Shown: positions 1-12,325 of the stretch, piece after piece | Numbering within the stretch: position 1 is the stretch's first letter | How the letters are laid out: each line of letters starts with the position of its first letter | From: Callorhinchus milii | Taxonomy: Eukaryota | DNA length: 64,000 nucleotides | Assembly (NCBI RefSeq): GCF_018977255.1 | Contig: NW_024704743.1 | Location: 59,522,001 to 59,586,000 of the forward strand | Direction: 5' to 3' | Translations under genes and position numbers: made by a program | Notes under the pieces: model-generated | The model's input: only the letters and a program-made list of their open reading frames with translations | Database searches by the model: none | Told to the model about the DNA's origin: nothing

Positions 1-1191
1 TCTCAGTGACCAAAATTGGATACAGTGTGTAGTATAACCAGAGAACTGTACACCTGGAGCATGGTTTCTGGACTCAGCTCATTCTGCAGTTCAACCTCTT
101 GATTGCCTCATTTATTGCTACCTCACACTGTTTGCATATGGTGAGAGACCAGTCAACTATATTTCATGTTTTATAACTGAATTTTTAAAAAATTGCCTGA
201 GCGCTATAATGAGTGACTTAATTGTTAATTCGTACACATGATTGGGAGCATTTTGTGTTGTGATTGAATGATGTCATCTCAAACAGCCACATGATATTGT
301 CTTCCCGTTGTGACTGATGGTAAACTGACTTTGAAGGCACAATTTAAAAAGGGAAGTTAATTCAATTATCGTTATTATTTTGTAAGCGCCTCCCTTACCT
401 GACTCTTCTTCTGCTGTCAGATGATCATTTCATCTTTTTCACTGGTTAAGTACGCCATAGTTTCTCCCTTGTGGCATTTTTTAAATAGTATTATTTGATG
501 CAGAATTTGTTGATGTGAGCTGTGAGAGATCACTAAAGTTTAGTCTGCTGTTGCGAGTGTGTACTGTAGTACAAACATCAAAGGTCTTTCTAGAAAACCT
601 AATAACAGCTTAGTGCCTTAAGATCTGTTGTATGTATAACCATATCCCTTGGGGAAACACTTAACCTATGATTAAGTTAATATTTCTTGGCAACCTCTGA
701 TCTGATGGTTCACAAAGGACTGTTGTCTTAGAGCTATTGAGATCTGAAGAATCCAGTTGCAGTAGGTTACTTCCATTGGCTTTGCAATTGATAGCCGCTT
801 TGAGGTTTCTGTCAAGTAATATAAACCATCTGAGGTCTGCCTGTAGATGGCTGGGAATGACCGTAGTTACGCTGAGTGGATAGTTCACAGTTCTTATCAG
901 AAGAATTCAGCGTCATACACACAACTGAATTACTAAAGTATCTGCTGTGTTTTGAAGATTAAAAAAGAAATAGTAAAAATGCTTTTCTACATTGTTTGTA
1001 TATTGTGATGATTTAAATATAATCTGTGGAAATGCACATTTTATTATTTTTTTGCAAGAGATACAGATGCTTCAATGCATTGTCCACAACCAGACTGATG
1101 ATGATCTGGGTTCAGTATTTCTCACATTGATGAGCTGCCTGATTTCAAATCTTGGCATCTTGGTAGTTGTTGAGTAAAAGACATGTCCTTA

Positions 1192-1910
1192 GGAGTCCTG
1201 TAGCTCAGCTTTTCACGCAGCCTCCACTTCGTCTCAGCAAACGGCTTCTCCTCCAGCCCCCTGTTCTTTCTCCCCCATATCCTACCTCTCTGACTCCCTA
1301 CCAACCTGTCCGCTCCCTCCGTTCATCGGGCTCCGGCCTGCTCCACGTCTCCCGCCCGACCCGCCCTACCATCGGTGGCCGGGCTTTCAGCCTCTCTGCC
1401 CCCACGCTCTGGAACTCCATCCCACGGTCCCTTCACCTCGCTTCCACCCTTGCCTCCTTCAAAACGGGCTCAAGACCCTTCCCCCTTGATTGTACCTTTG
1501 GTCGCCCTCCCACCTCTCTGCCTTCCCTCACCCCTACACCACTCCTACCCCATGTTCGAGTCCTGACCACTGACTGTCTAGCGCCTTGGGACGTCCTCCC
1601 GATGTGAAAGGCGCTCTATAAATGTAATTTTGTTGTTGTTGTTTGATTCCCAGCAGGGCGAAACCTTCGGCAAGTTTCCTTACTCCACATGCCTGACATT
1701 AATCCCTCAAAGAAAAAAAGAAAAAATACAATAATAATTTGGTCACTCAATCCACTACTGTTTGTGGGACACTGCTGTATGCAATTGGCTGTCACGTTTT
1801 GCCCACAAAATATACAGTCAATTCACTTTACAGTATATTCTGTGAAGTACTTTGAGACGTCTAAAAGATGTGAAAAGCACTATATCAAATGCAAGGAGTA
1901 TTATTATTAC
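1192..1910 (+). mobile_element. tRNA-derived SINE interrupted by an L2 fragment (SINE parts 1192-1208 and ~1643-1910)
   Basis: Head ggagtcctgtagctcag, then resumption at tgattcccagcagggcgaaacc through a (tta)n tail. Matches the copy at 8100. Confidence 0.85.
1209..1643 (+). mobile_element. L2-clade LINE 3' fragment, internally deleted
   Basis: Matches the reverse complement of the 30467-31970 element. Ends in gtgaaaggcgctctataaatgtaat(ttg)n. Confidence 0.85.
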
Positions 1911-2554
1911 TGTCTTTCTTCCAGAAAGAAAGAGGAAGAAGGAATACTGTAGAGCCTTGTATATTGAAACATTTGAAAATACTTTGCAACATTTATTGCC
2001 AAATGATAGTCGAGTATACTGATTGCTCTTTTACCTCTTGGTAGTGCATCCTTATTATCTTATTTACCTCACCTCACATGGCATCACGAGAAGGGTTGGG
2101 AATGATTGCAGTGATACCAAATGGACAGTTCACGGTTCTTATCAAAATGCATAGCACACCGTCAGAAGCTGAATTAAATAAGAATCCAAATATCTGCTGT
2201 GTTTTCAAGATTAAAAAATAAATCTTAAAAATGTTTTTCTACAATGTTTGCATATTTTGACCTGCAACTTTTGAAACATCATTCTAATTAACATATGGTG
2301 ACTATTAAATGTAGTTTGAAATAATAGGCATATGTATACATTGTTTGCCTCTCATTCATGAATAATGGCTCCTCATCTTTTCCAAGTGAGTGAATTGCCC
2401 GGGTAATTGCTCTGTTGACCTAAGAGGAAGAAGGTTGTAGTTGGTAAACAACCAGCATAACAGCATGATTGCATTAATAGGTACAGAGTGATTTGGGGAA
2501 AAGGCATGGAATGATTTGATCAATAGATATGGAATGATTTCAGGAATAATAAAT

Positions 2555-3373
2555 AAAATAATAATTCTTGCTTTTGATACAGCACCTGTAGCTTTGAATG
2601 TCTGAAAGCAGTTAACAAAGTTTTGTAAAAAAGTTTGTGGTTGTGCGGAATGTGTGGCAGCCCATTTGCTCACAGGATTTTCCCACAAACGGCCGAGAAG
2701 CAAATAAAAAATTGTAACTATAGGTTTATTGGCCAGGATACCGAAAGAAACTCCTATCTCCCTATGATTTGTGCTATTGAATCTTTAATGTCCAACTGAA
2801 CAGGCTGACAGGACTTTGGTCTCATTTGAAGGAAGGCACCTCCAATCATAATAATAATAATCCTTGCATTTGTTATAGCACCTCATCGCGTCATTGAGAT
2901 GTCTCCCAGCTCTTCACAGGATATACTGTAAAGTGGATTTACTGTAAATTTTATGCGCGAAACACGGCAGCTAATTGCGTACAGCAGTGTGACCAAACAA
3001 TCATTGACTGTTATTAAAATTATTATTTTTAAGGGATTATTACCACTGGGAAGCAATCTGCCAATCGACTAACAACCAGGTTCCTACTTACTGCTGGGTA
3101 ATTGAAGATGTGTAGAGTAAGGAAACTTGCCTAAGGTTTTGCCCTGCCCGGGAATCTGACCCAGGTTTTTTTGCTTGCAAGGTGAGTGCTTCTCACTTGC
3201 AAGTGAAGTCCTGTAGCGCTCTAGGCATGGCAGGACTCCACGATCCAGGGGTCCAAGATCATGCACTGCTCCCATCATAACACTGCATTGAAGTGTCAGC
3301 CTAGACTGAGCTCCTTGATCCCGTAACCTTCTGATTCATAGTCCAGTGTACTACCAACTGAGTCAGATTGACA
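2555..3373 (-). mobile_element. Old DeuSINE-like element (~2555-2848 and ~3262-3373) with a tRNA-SINE nested inside (~2850-3239)
   Basis: Motifs ggcacctcc and gtgtcagcctaga...aaccttctga flank an inverted tRNA-SINE ending in aggactcc. Confidence 0.7.
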
Positions 3374-3559
3374 CTGATCATTGTAAACTGGTGACATTTA
3401 ATACATTTCATGAAAATCGGAATCACTTGATCACATAACAGCTTTATAATTGTCCTACAATCATAAATTTGAAAAAAAGGGCATTTCCTTTTTGGCAACG
3501 ATTTGGACACTGCATTTTCCTAACTTTTTGTATGAAAGAGCTAACACTTTATGACATAA

Positions 3560-3990
3560 AACAATGCAGTATAGTTTACATTTATATAGATAGAGCCTTT
3601 CACATACAGAGGACATCTGAAAGCACTTAACACTGCTAGCTGGGCACCCGAGATGGGTGATGGGAGCCAAAGGGGTGGGGTAGAGAAAGATGACTGAAAG
3701 CATAGTCAAAGAGGTACATCTTTAGTTGGACTTTGAATGAGGGAGGGAGTTGGAGGGATTCCGGGATGGGGTTCCAGAGAGCAGGATAGCTGAAAGCCTG
3801 CCTGCTGATATGAGACAAACAAGACACAAAGTAGATGTTCACTGAACAAAGGGAACAATTGGGTGGTACAGTGGGGTGAGACGTGGAGGGAATAGGGGGC
3901 GAAATCAAGGAATTTGATTTTCTTCTGAGGAATGTGTAGCTGAGCTTTGCAGAGCCTGGTATGAGAGAGGACACTGGTTGCATAGTTCTG
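3560..3990 (-). mobile_element. Degraded L2 3' fragment
   Basis: Decayed L2 tail plus the ORF remnant RQAFSYPALWNPIP. Confidence 0.6.
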
Positions 3991-4736
3991 GAGAGTGAGT
4001 GGCCTGTGTAAGGAAGAGTCTAGCGATTGGGGTGCTCAGTTTATTAAATCTTCAGTTGAAAATTGTAAAATATAAATAATTGAAAATGTTTTAGAAAGAT
4101 ATAGTGTTTTTCACAAAATACAACAGAACATACTTCAAAAGCAATGTTGGCTTTAATTTCTTTATGAAATATATTAAAATTAACCATTGCAATTTTTTTG
4201 CCAGCAAAAATATTTGGTATCCCTTATGCAATGGTACTGCTTAACACACATATTAATGGAATTTATGTTCATCCACCCTCTCAATTCATATTGGGAGGGT
4301 AAAGGATCATTCCAATTATTCCAACAGCATTGCAATGGAATCCCATTATTATGCTCTTCTTTATAGCGCACATTAGGTTATTTTATGTACATGCACAGCA
4401 AACAGCAAGCAACGTTGGTAAGCGCCTGATACCTTTTTTTTAATGCTTCAAATAGTCAACTCATGGAGAGAAACAACTGTTTAAAAAAAATACTTGGCAT
4501 CACTTTTCTTGACTAGTTTGTGCCATCCATTTCAGCCTTGGTGGTGTACTGTACTGTGGACCAAGGCCCTTCACCTAGATTTGCAATTGTAAAAAAAATC
4601 ATCCAGAGTGTTTCTGTCATTCCAGTGCCCTGAACCATCTGTAATCTCTAATGATCTCCTACGAAATATGCAATTGCGAGCTGCATGTGGTGGATGCGGT
4701 TTGGTCTTTTATTCAAGCTGATCCCTGAGGCCAGAA

Positions 4737-4958
4737 ATGTTTCTTTGTCTTAAACTTAAAACTATTGTTGAAAAATGTAAGATTGTGTAGAAATTTGGAA
4801 AATTCTTAAAATTCAGTTTTAAATCTGAATCCTGTTTTCTGCATTTTTTTTGTTAGGTGCGCCATAAACCTGGCTTCTCAATTAAAACTAAAGTTATGAA
4901 TTTTCCAAAAATTTGCATGACTTTACATTTTAAGACAAAAGTCTTAGGCGAAGAACAT
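4737..4958. mobile_element. Palindromic MITE-like element
   Basis: Imperfect inverted arms: atgttctttgtcttaaact...ttggaaaattcttaaaattcagttttaa versus ttaaaactaaagttatgaattttccaa...agtcttaggcgaagaacat. Confidence 0.6.
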
Positions 4959-7900
4959 GACAAATATTGGGCTTCTGGAGTACCTTGAGAAATATTCTCT
5001 CTCAGGACAGCTTTTGAAAAAACGATACAATTCTATAGTTCAGTAAATTATGAGCATTTTTATTTCGCTCTTAAACCCTTTCATTCCTTGCTATATATAG
5101 TTATTTTTAAATGCAATGTTAATTAGCTAAATACTTGGTTATTTATGTACAGATACAATAGGGGTTTTATCAGAGACTATGACAACCGTCGGCAGATGGT
5201 AAATCTCTTTATAAATAATCTGGTCTGATTTGTCCCACCCTGGGAGGAAACTAACCTAGTTTCTCACAGTACAGATGGAATTTTCCCTTGTGTTAGTCGG
5301 TCAGATCTATTCTGAAAGTCGACCCAACTGGTTCAGACTGTTCTGATCTCTGCTTTTCAGATGATGATCCAGTCATCCAAAATGGGATCAAAGCAGAGTT
5401 GCATACATTTTATAAGTCTTAACTGCATCTGAATGCTCCCACATAAAGAGATTTTTGATTACATTAGTTCCATTAAATGAAATACTCTTCCAATATTATC
5501 GAGTCAACAGCTGCCCCTTATAAAACCTACCTGCCTCTGATTGATCAAAGAAGGTAAGACCATTGAAACCTTGAGGCTGTTATTATTCAGCGTAAGAGAT
5601 AATGATTTTCACTGAACTGTTTCATCCCTACCGCGGGCAAATGATCATTGTTTTAAAATGAATGCAGATGTTTTCCGTACATATATTTGTACCAGCTAGA
5701 AAAGTTCCTTAAGTAACAACACTTTCATCAATGGCTGCATTACACTAAAGACCTAAACTGAATGATTAAAATTAATTCCTGCATTCATTACAATGAAAGC
5801 TATTGCTTCTTGATTTTTCATGGGTTGTCGTGATTCAACTCAGCATTGAGTCATCTGCATCTGTGATGAGGCCATTTTGTTTTATTATTTTGATACATTT
5901 TCTTGGAAGGAAAATTCAGACCATTGTTACAAACAGAAAACAAATTGGGGACATATTGCACTCATATCAAACCTAACAATACCAATTTGCAGGCATGATT
6001 CTTTTAGCCTTTGGATTAACATTGAATGGAAAGTCCTTGATGTATATCTTGTGTCTTATTTAGAATGAAATTTCTTTCATTTTATTCATGGTGGATTTTC
6101 ATTTTCTCATTAAGGTGAGGGATCTCTGTGCTGGAGAATAAATTATTTACATCAGATACAGAATAAAGTGCCCTCTATTGCCCTCCCCAATATTTTACCT
6201 AACCTGGACATGTGAATATCCCAAATGTACATTTTTTTCTTTTCCCATATTGCTCATCTTTGTGGATTCCTGATTCAGATTGCTAGTTATTCTGAATAGT
6301 ACAAAATGTTGTGTTGGGGCCTCACTTCCATTAGCAACCGAGTTACGACTGCGCAAACTATTTTTGGATAGAACTCTTCAGCCAACATTTGGAGGAAACT
6401 CTGCTCATTGTTCTGGGTTTAATTCAGAGCCAGTGGTCTGACTCATTGCATCACTTATTTTATAATCTATAAGTTAAAATGGCAGGATCTATATGATGGC
6501 TGTCATTGAGCAGTTCATTGCAGCAAGTACTGTATCTTTGAGTGCAACCATTTAAACAAAGTTGGTGGCTGTAGTTGGGATTGTATAGGGGTGGGGATGT
6601 CTTTGGCAATCATTTACTAGACCATTGCCACAGTAGAATGTCCAAGATTTCCTTTCATCAAAATGAGTCAATATTAAAGAGCGTGGGGTTGAAAAGTGCT
6701 TGGACAGGTGATTGTGTGGGGGAGTTTGATCGCCTTTTGTCATCTATTTGTAAATGTCAGGGATGGCATAACCTATAGGGAGCTCACATAGTTTCTTCTT
6801 GATAATGGATTGACTCAGTATTAACTGCTTTTTCAGGGTATTTGTAAGCCTCTCCTCATAATAGAGCCATAATCAAATTTGTCATTTTTAACTCTTTTTG
6901 AATGCATCATTGTCTTGAAAACAGAGTGCTGGAACCTGCATATTGTACTCCAAATGTGGCCTCAATGGTAACACGCAAGGTTAGAATAATTTGTTTTAAT
7001 TTATAGACAAAAGGCCCTGAGATGTATCAAAATGAAATGGTAAACGAAATAATGAATCTCACTCTTCTTTATATTGAATACGGATGGGAAGAGGAGGAGA
7101 AGGATTTTTTTCCCCTTTGCAAATTACTATCTTATCTCTTTGATAAATGCATTGTAAAATCCTTAGCATTGTGCAAGCCTAAAGGCTTCAGTCTGTGCCA
7201 GGTAGTTTTTATGAAGGACAGATGTTCATTTGACAAGATCTGAAAAGTGATTCATATAATGAAACTATTGTAATCAAAAGTATGCCTGGAACTTTTCCAT
7301 CGTTCACTCCTTTACCAGATAGGGAGAAGAATTTTTTTTGTGGTGTACTTGCTTTCAGCACTGTTACCAACATTGTTGGCAGTAGCTATAAGGTAAATAA
7401 ATAAAGCCCTACTGGTTCCTATGGAGGTGTAGAGACACATAAGAAATAGCAGCACTCCTGTTGTTGCCCTCGCAGCCCCTTGTCTTGTCAGCTCAGCTTC
7501 TATATAGGCCAGTACTGCAGTTTTTCTCGCTGCTGCTCTGAAAGGATCTTGCTTAGATATTAGGGAATATAAATGTTGTTGTATATAAATACTTCAGCAC
7601 AGGATAGATTGACTTTTTTTGTACAGAGTTTTGAATTTTAAACTCATCTTTTTAGAAATTTGACACAACATTATATTGCCCCTCATTAATGTCTCTAATA
7701 AGACTCAGTTCTGTATTTTCACATTAAGAAATGGATCTTGAGCTATTTGCTCCCCAGGCTTTTGGTAATGTATGCACATCACAGTTACCCCTTCATTTTA
7801 TATGGGTGGATTTTATGAGTTGGTTATATTCTACCTTTTATTCAGTCAATATTTATTGGAATTGAACTTTTCTTCATATAAAATTGTCATTCGACTGAGA

Positions 7901-8099
7901 CATTCTAATTATTAAATTGTGTTCAAATGAAACTCAGTGCACAGTTTGCTTCTTCAATTCATTCTTTCACAAGTCCTTGCCCTATCTGCCCCACCAATGG
8001 TTATTCAGCCATTTCTACTCCCACTCTCTGGAACTCCATATTGGAGGCCCTCTGACTCGCTTGCTCCCTCTTCTCTTTCTCTTTCAAGGTATACCTTGT

Positions 8100-8416
8100 G
8101 GAGTCCTGTAGCTCAGTGGTTAGAGCGCTCGCTTTGCAAGCGAGAGACCTGAGTTCAATTCCAGGCAGGGCGAAACCTTGGGCAAGTTTCCTTACTCCAC
8201 ATGCCTAATAATAATCCCTCCAAAAACAAAACAATAATAAATTGGGCATTTTCAATCTACGACTGTTTGTGGGACATTGCTGTGCGCAATTGGCTGCCGC
8301 GTTCGCCCACAAATATACAGTCAATTCACTTTACAGTGTATTCTGTGAAGTGCTTTGGGACGTCCTCCCGACGTGAAAAGCGCTATATCAAATGCAAGGA
8401 TTATTATTATTATTAT
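8100..8416 (+). mobile_element. tRNA-Ala-derived SINE, near-complete copy
   Basis: A box (tagctcagtgg), TGC anticodon-like loop, B box (gttcaattcc), Deu-like core ctgtttgtgggacattgctgtgcgcaattggctgcc, and an L2-like tail with (tta)n. Confidence 0.9.
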
Positions 8417-8919
8417 ACCTCTGACCGTACTTTCAGGTTTTTTTTTCTCCTCGGTTCCCACCCCTAGCAATCAATTTGTGGTTGGGGAGTGCTCATCATC
8501 CAGCACTGTGCATGCATTTTGGGACATCCTTCTGACGTGAAAGACATTATACATTTATAAATTGTGCTGTATTGCTTCACAAAGTATGAATATCCTCAGT
8601 TACTGGGGCTTTTGACATGGTAATGTTTTGTGAATGCTGCTCTGTGTTCAGCTGTTGGTTAACTGGTCTGTATGGGTTGTAGTGATGCGGAAACTGTTTT
8701 CCCCATTCCCTCCCTTAATTTCTTCCCACTCTATGTAGGATAATAACTGACCAGAGCTTCAAAGAAAATCTTTTTGACCTGGAGTATATGAACTTCAATC
8801 CATCAAACATGTTTTGCCTGTATCATTTCAGGTTATTAGGATGTCCCCCCCCCGATCTGAAAGGCGCTATTATAAATGCAATTTGTTGTTGGATAAGCAA
8901 GCAATCACTGTACCTTTAG

Positions 8920-9230
8920 GTGTCAGCCTGGCTCAGATGGTAGAATTCTTGCTTCTAATTCAGAAAATTATGGTTTCAACCCTAAATTGGGATTTTGAGT
9001 CGACACTTTAATTCAGTGCTGGGGAGTGCTGTATTTTAGGAGGTGCCACCTTCGGATGAGATGTTATACCAAGGCCGTGTCTTCCTGCAGTGAACATTAA
9101 AGATGCTATGGCACTATTCAAAAAGAGTAAAGAGTCTCCCAGTGCCATCAATCCCCCAGATATAAAATTGGCCATTCACTTTACACCTGTTTGTGGGACA
9201 TTACCGTGTGTAATTTGGCTGGCCTTTTTA
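8920..9230 (+). mobile_element. DeuSINE-like element (SacSINE1/AmnSINE1-related)
   Basis: Motifs gtgtcagcctggctcag...ggaggtgccaccttcggatgagatgtta...atggcactattc...gtttgtggga. Confidence 0.7.
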
Positions 9231-9282
9231 CCAGCCAATCTTGACCTTGTGTGTTTTATTTGTCTTGAGTTTCATAGGAACA

Positions 9283-9700
9283 AAGGAACATAAGAACAGG
9301 AGTTGGCCACACAGCCTCTTGAGCCTGTTCCACCATTCTATTAGATCATGGCTGATCTGTACCTCAATTCCATTTACCCACCTTTGCTTCATGTCCCTTG
9401 ATACCCTGACTTAACAAAAATCTATCAACCTCAGTCTTGAAAATTTCAGTTCATCCAGCATCCACATCAGGAGGAGAAAGTTCTAGATTTCCAAAGTGCT
9501 TCCTGATTTCACCCCTAAATGGCCTAGCTCTAATTTTAAGATTTTGTTCTGGATTCCCCCACTTGAGGAAATAGTTTCACTGTATCTACCTTATTGAATC
9601 TCTTTAACATTTTAACCACCTCAATTAGACCATCCCTCAACCTTCTAAACTCAAGAGAATACATGCCAAGTTTATGCAACGTGTTCTCATAATTTAACCA
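9283..9700 (-). mobile_element. CR1-clade LINE 3' end
   Basis: Typical shark CR1 3'UTR (cataagaacaggagttggccac...gatcatggctgatctg). A homologous copy lies in the opposite orientation at 21680-21990. Confidence 0.75.
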
Positions 9701-10213
9701 TTCACTTCATTCCAATGACTGTTTGTGGGACACTGCTGTGCACAATTGAGTGCCGCGTTTCACTCACAAAATATACAGTTAATTCATTTTACAGTATATT
9801 CTGTGAAGCGCTTTGAGATGTCTTGAAAACGTGATAAATGCAATATCAAATGCAAGGATTAGTATTATTATTTAAGGTCTGGCACTGTATTCACTCCAGG
9901 GCCAACAGAAAATTGCCTATGTTGATGAGGAACCATGAGGTGGGAAAAAATAACTTGCAAAATGGATTAGGGTTTATATGGATATTGTGAACTCTTAAAC
10001 TTTCCAGTGCCACAGATCTATGTTTTATACATGTATTCTGACATCTGGATGTGAATTTGATAGTGCAGAGTGATCTTTAACGTTTTGCTGTCATTAAATT
10101 GAAGCTCTGCAGTTACTGCTGAATCCCATCTGTTGTGTGATTTTGTAATCGTATCAGTTAATATTCTGATCTTTCACTTTCCTTCCCATTTTATGCTGGG
10201 TCAACCAATTTAG

Positions 10214-10273
10214 AACACTACAGTGGGACACTGATCCTTCAGTGCTTCAGCTCCAGTCTGACTCTGATCTTGG
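10214..10273 (+). CDS. DYNC1I1: DYNC1I1 internal exon (60 bp, frame-preserving alternative exon): (R)TLQWDTDPSVLQLQSDSDL(G)
   Basis: tttag| acceptor and |gtatgt donor. Translation is nearly identical to the mammalian IC1 alternatively spliced segment TLQWDTDPSVLQLQSDSELG. Phase 2/2 joins the next exon. Confidence 0.95.
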
Positions 10274-10439
10274 GTATGTATTTGTTTTCAGTGTTTTGCA
10301 TACATTATTATACAAGACCATACTGTGATAATGTTTGGTTTATTGAAGATGTGTGAGCAGCTATTTAACTTTGTCCATGATCCCGACAGTCAGCATAATT
10401 ACTTTCTCATGACATTGGTCCTTTTCGCTGTTTGTCATT

Positions 10440-10750
10440 AGATATGCGACAAGTGCAAGTTTGAGTCCTTGGTGGGTGGATACCGGGTCTCAGACATTCT
10501 TTGTGGGCCTCTTAGCAGCACAGCTCAGCATGAAATGCATGAGAGTACTGCTACCATCTTCCTGCACGCAGCTCAAGTGTGCAACTGTACCCACTGAGCA
10601 AATGGTTCCACCAATTGGAAGTGTGGAGCTTGAGCAGCATCTGCTTACCTCTGCATTACCAATCAAGCTGGATTCTAGTCCCCAGATATATGAACAAACT
10701 CAGACTCCAGGTAACTGCTTCCAGTAGGTGTCATTTCCCAGTTTCGGAGT
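10440..10750 (-). repeat. Unclassified dispersed repeat, inverted copy of ~40960-41255
   Basis: Shares acagctcagcatgaaatgcatga and gactccaggtaa with the reverse complement of the 41 kb region. Confidence 0.75.
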
Positions 10751-11929
10751 TTTCTCTTCAGCCATTCAGTCATCTGCCTTCAACATGGTGGAAGGATCTA
10801 TTTGGGACAGCTTATGACTTGATGGCCTTCTTCATGTTCTTGAGTCCAATGCTATGTGCAAGGCTAATTGAGCACCAGGTTAATACAGTTTGTCTTTTTA
10901 AAACAAAACGAGATATACTTCTGGAGTGCTGAACAACAGGTTGGTGTAGGTTGGAGTCTCCCGCTTACCTCACTGTTTGGTCATGGACTATTCAAATAGG
11001 CCAAAGGAAACCCCTCCATTGCATTCCCAGGATCTTGGAACCACGAAAGTGAGAACTGTTTGCACACAAGCTTAGTTGCATTGGGACTGTTATTTAAGAC
11101 GAGATAAGAATGACCAGAGTGTCATTTTCTCCTTGTCAGGGTAGTCCCAGAGATTATGTCCAAGCAAAAGTTGTTTTCCACCATAATCCCTAGATACCAA
11201 TAACGATCAACAATTGGAATGGATCCCCATGTATCTTCACATCAATACCTACAGTGCCTCCTCACAAATCCTGCAGCGCTATGGGTTGATGATAATAACA
11301 ATTGTTAACTGGGTTGTTTTTACAATGTTGCAATTTGTAAATGTTCTAACATAACAGTAGTTGAAGTTTTTGTTAAAAAAGTTCAAATTTGTATTTTTCC
11401 ATAATTTTCTTTTGATGGTTTTGTTAAAAGGGCCCATAAGATTTTTTTATTTTGGAGTGGTACTGTGATGTTGGAATAAAGGGGGCATGGAACAGGATTT
11501 TAGTGGAGACTAAGATGAATGAAAATCAATGGTTCTGTGAGCTGTTCCTAACCAGCATGGCAGGCACAAGCTCAGCATATTAAAAACACATTTCTGAACA
11601 TTTGCAGTATTGAAGTTGGTGATTTGGTGGTTTGGCAGGATGGATGGAGTTTGTGCATGTGTTTAATGTGGGGTCTGACATGGGTGCTTGAGAGTACTTA
11701 CTGATGCAAAGCCAAAAATAAGATTGATCCAAAAGTATCCTTCATTCAATCAATGTATTAGCTTTTATCTCATAATGTTTGCTGTGCCCAAAGATTTGAT
11801 TTTTGGAGATTTACCTGACACCAATCATCTTTCATAATTAACCAGACAGAATAATTGTGCGTTTTCAAAATATTATTAATTATCCTATATTTTTCTCCTT
11901 TATTTCTCTTTTATTGACAATGTTTGGGG

Positions 11930-12325
11930 GGGTGGGGCAGCGGCCCATGGAGCTGAACTGGTTCCAAGGTGTTACGGTTTGCTACAAACTGCCAGACTCC
12001 AGTTAATCCTCTGGGGTCTCAGTAGTCCTGAGCCAGGCATGTCCGCAGCACTTCATGTCCTGTTGATTGGCAGGACTTAGAGGAGTAGACCAATCACTAT
12101 GGGCTCGGATTCTTCCTCGTCAGATCTTGTTAACCCTCTAAGCCAAAGCTCTAATGCATAGGATGGTCCGACCTGGAAAAGCAGCTTGCAAGACAGTGCT
12201 TTCAATGGCAAGCGATATGTTTTTTGCTGGTTAAACTTCATTAGTGTCCCATTACACACTTCGGTGGTTCCCAAGCCTTGGATGTTGCCAACCTGCAGCT
12301 AATATTCTTCAGAATTACATAAGCA
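11930..12325 (+). repeat. Unclassified dispersed repeat, homologous to ~41300-41730
   Basis: Shared blocks tggagctgaa..ccaaggt, caggactt, tgttaaccct, gctggttaaact and cccaagcct. Confidence 0.75.

Noticed and set aside
8100..8172. tRNA-Ala gene
   Set aside because: There is no proper acceptor stem and it continues into a SINE body and tail, with many diverged copies in the window.
1..10200. Upstream DYNC1I1 exons (coiled-coil and serine-rich PTPMSPSSKS segment)
   Set aside because: Not found by eye in this interval and presumed to lie upstream of the window.
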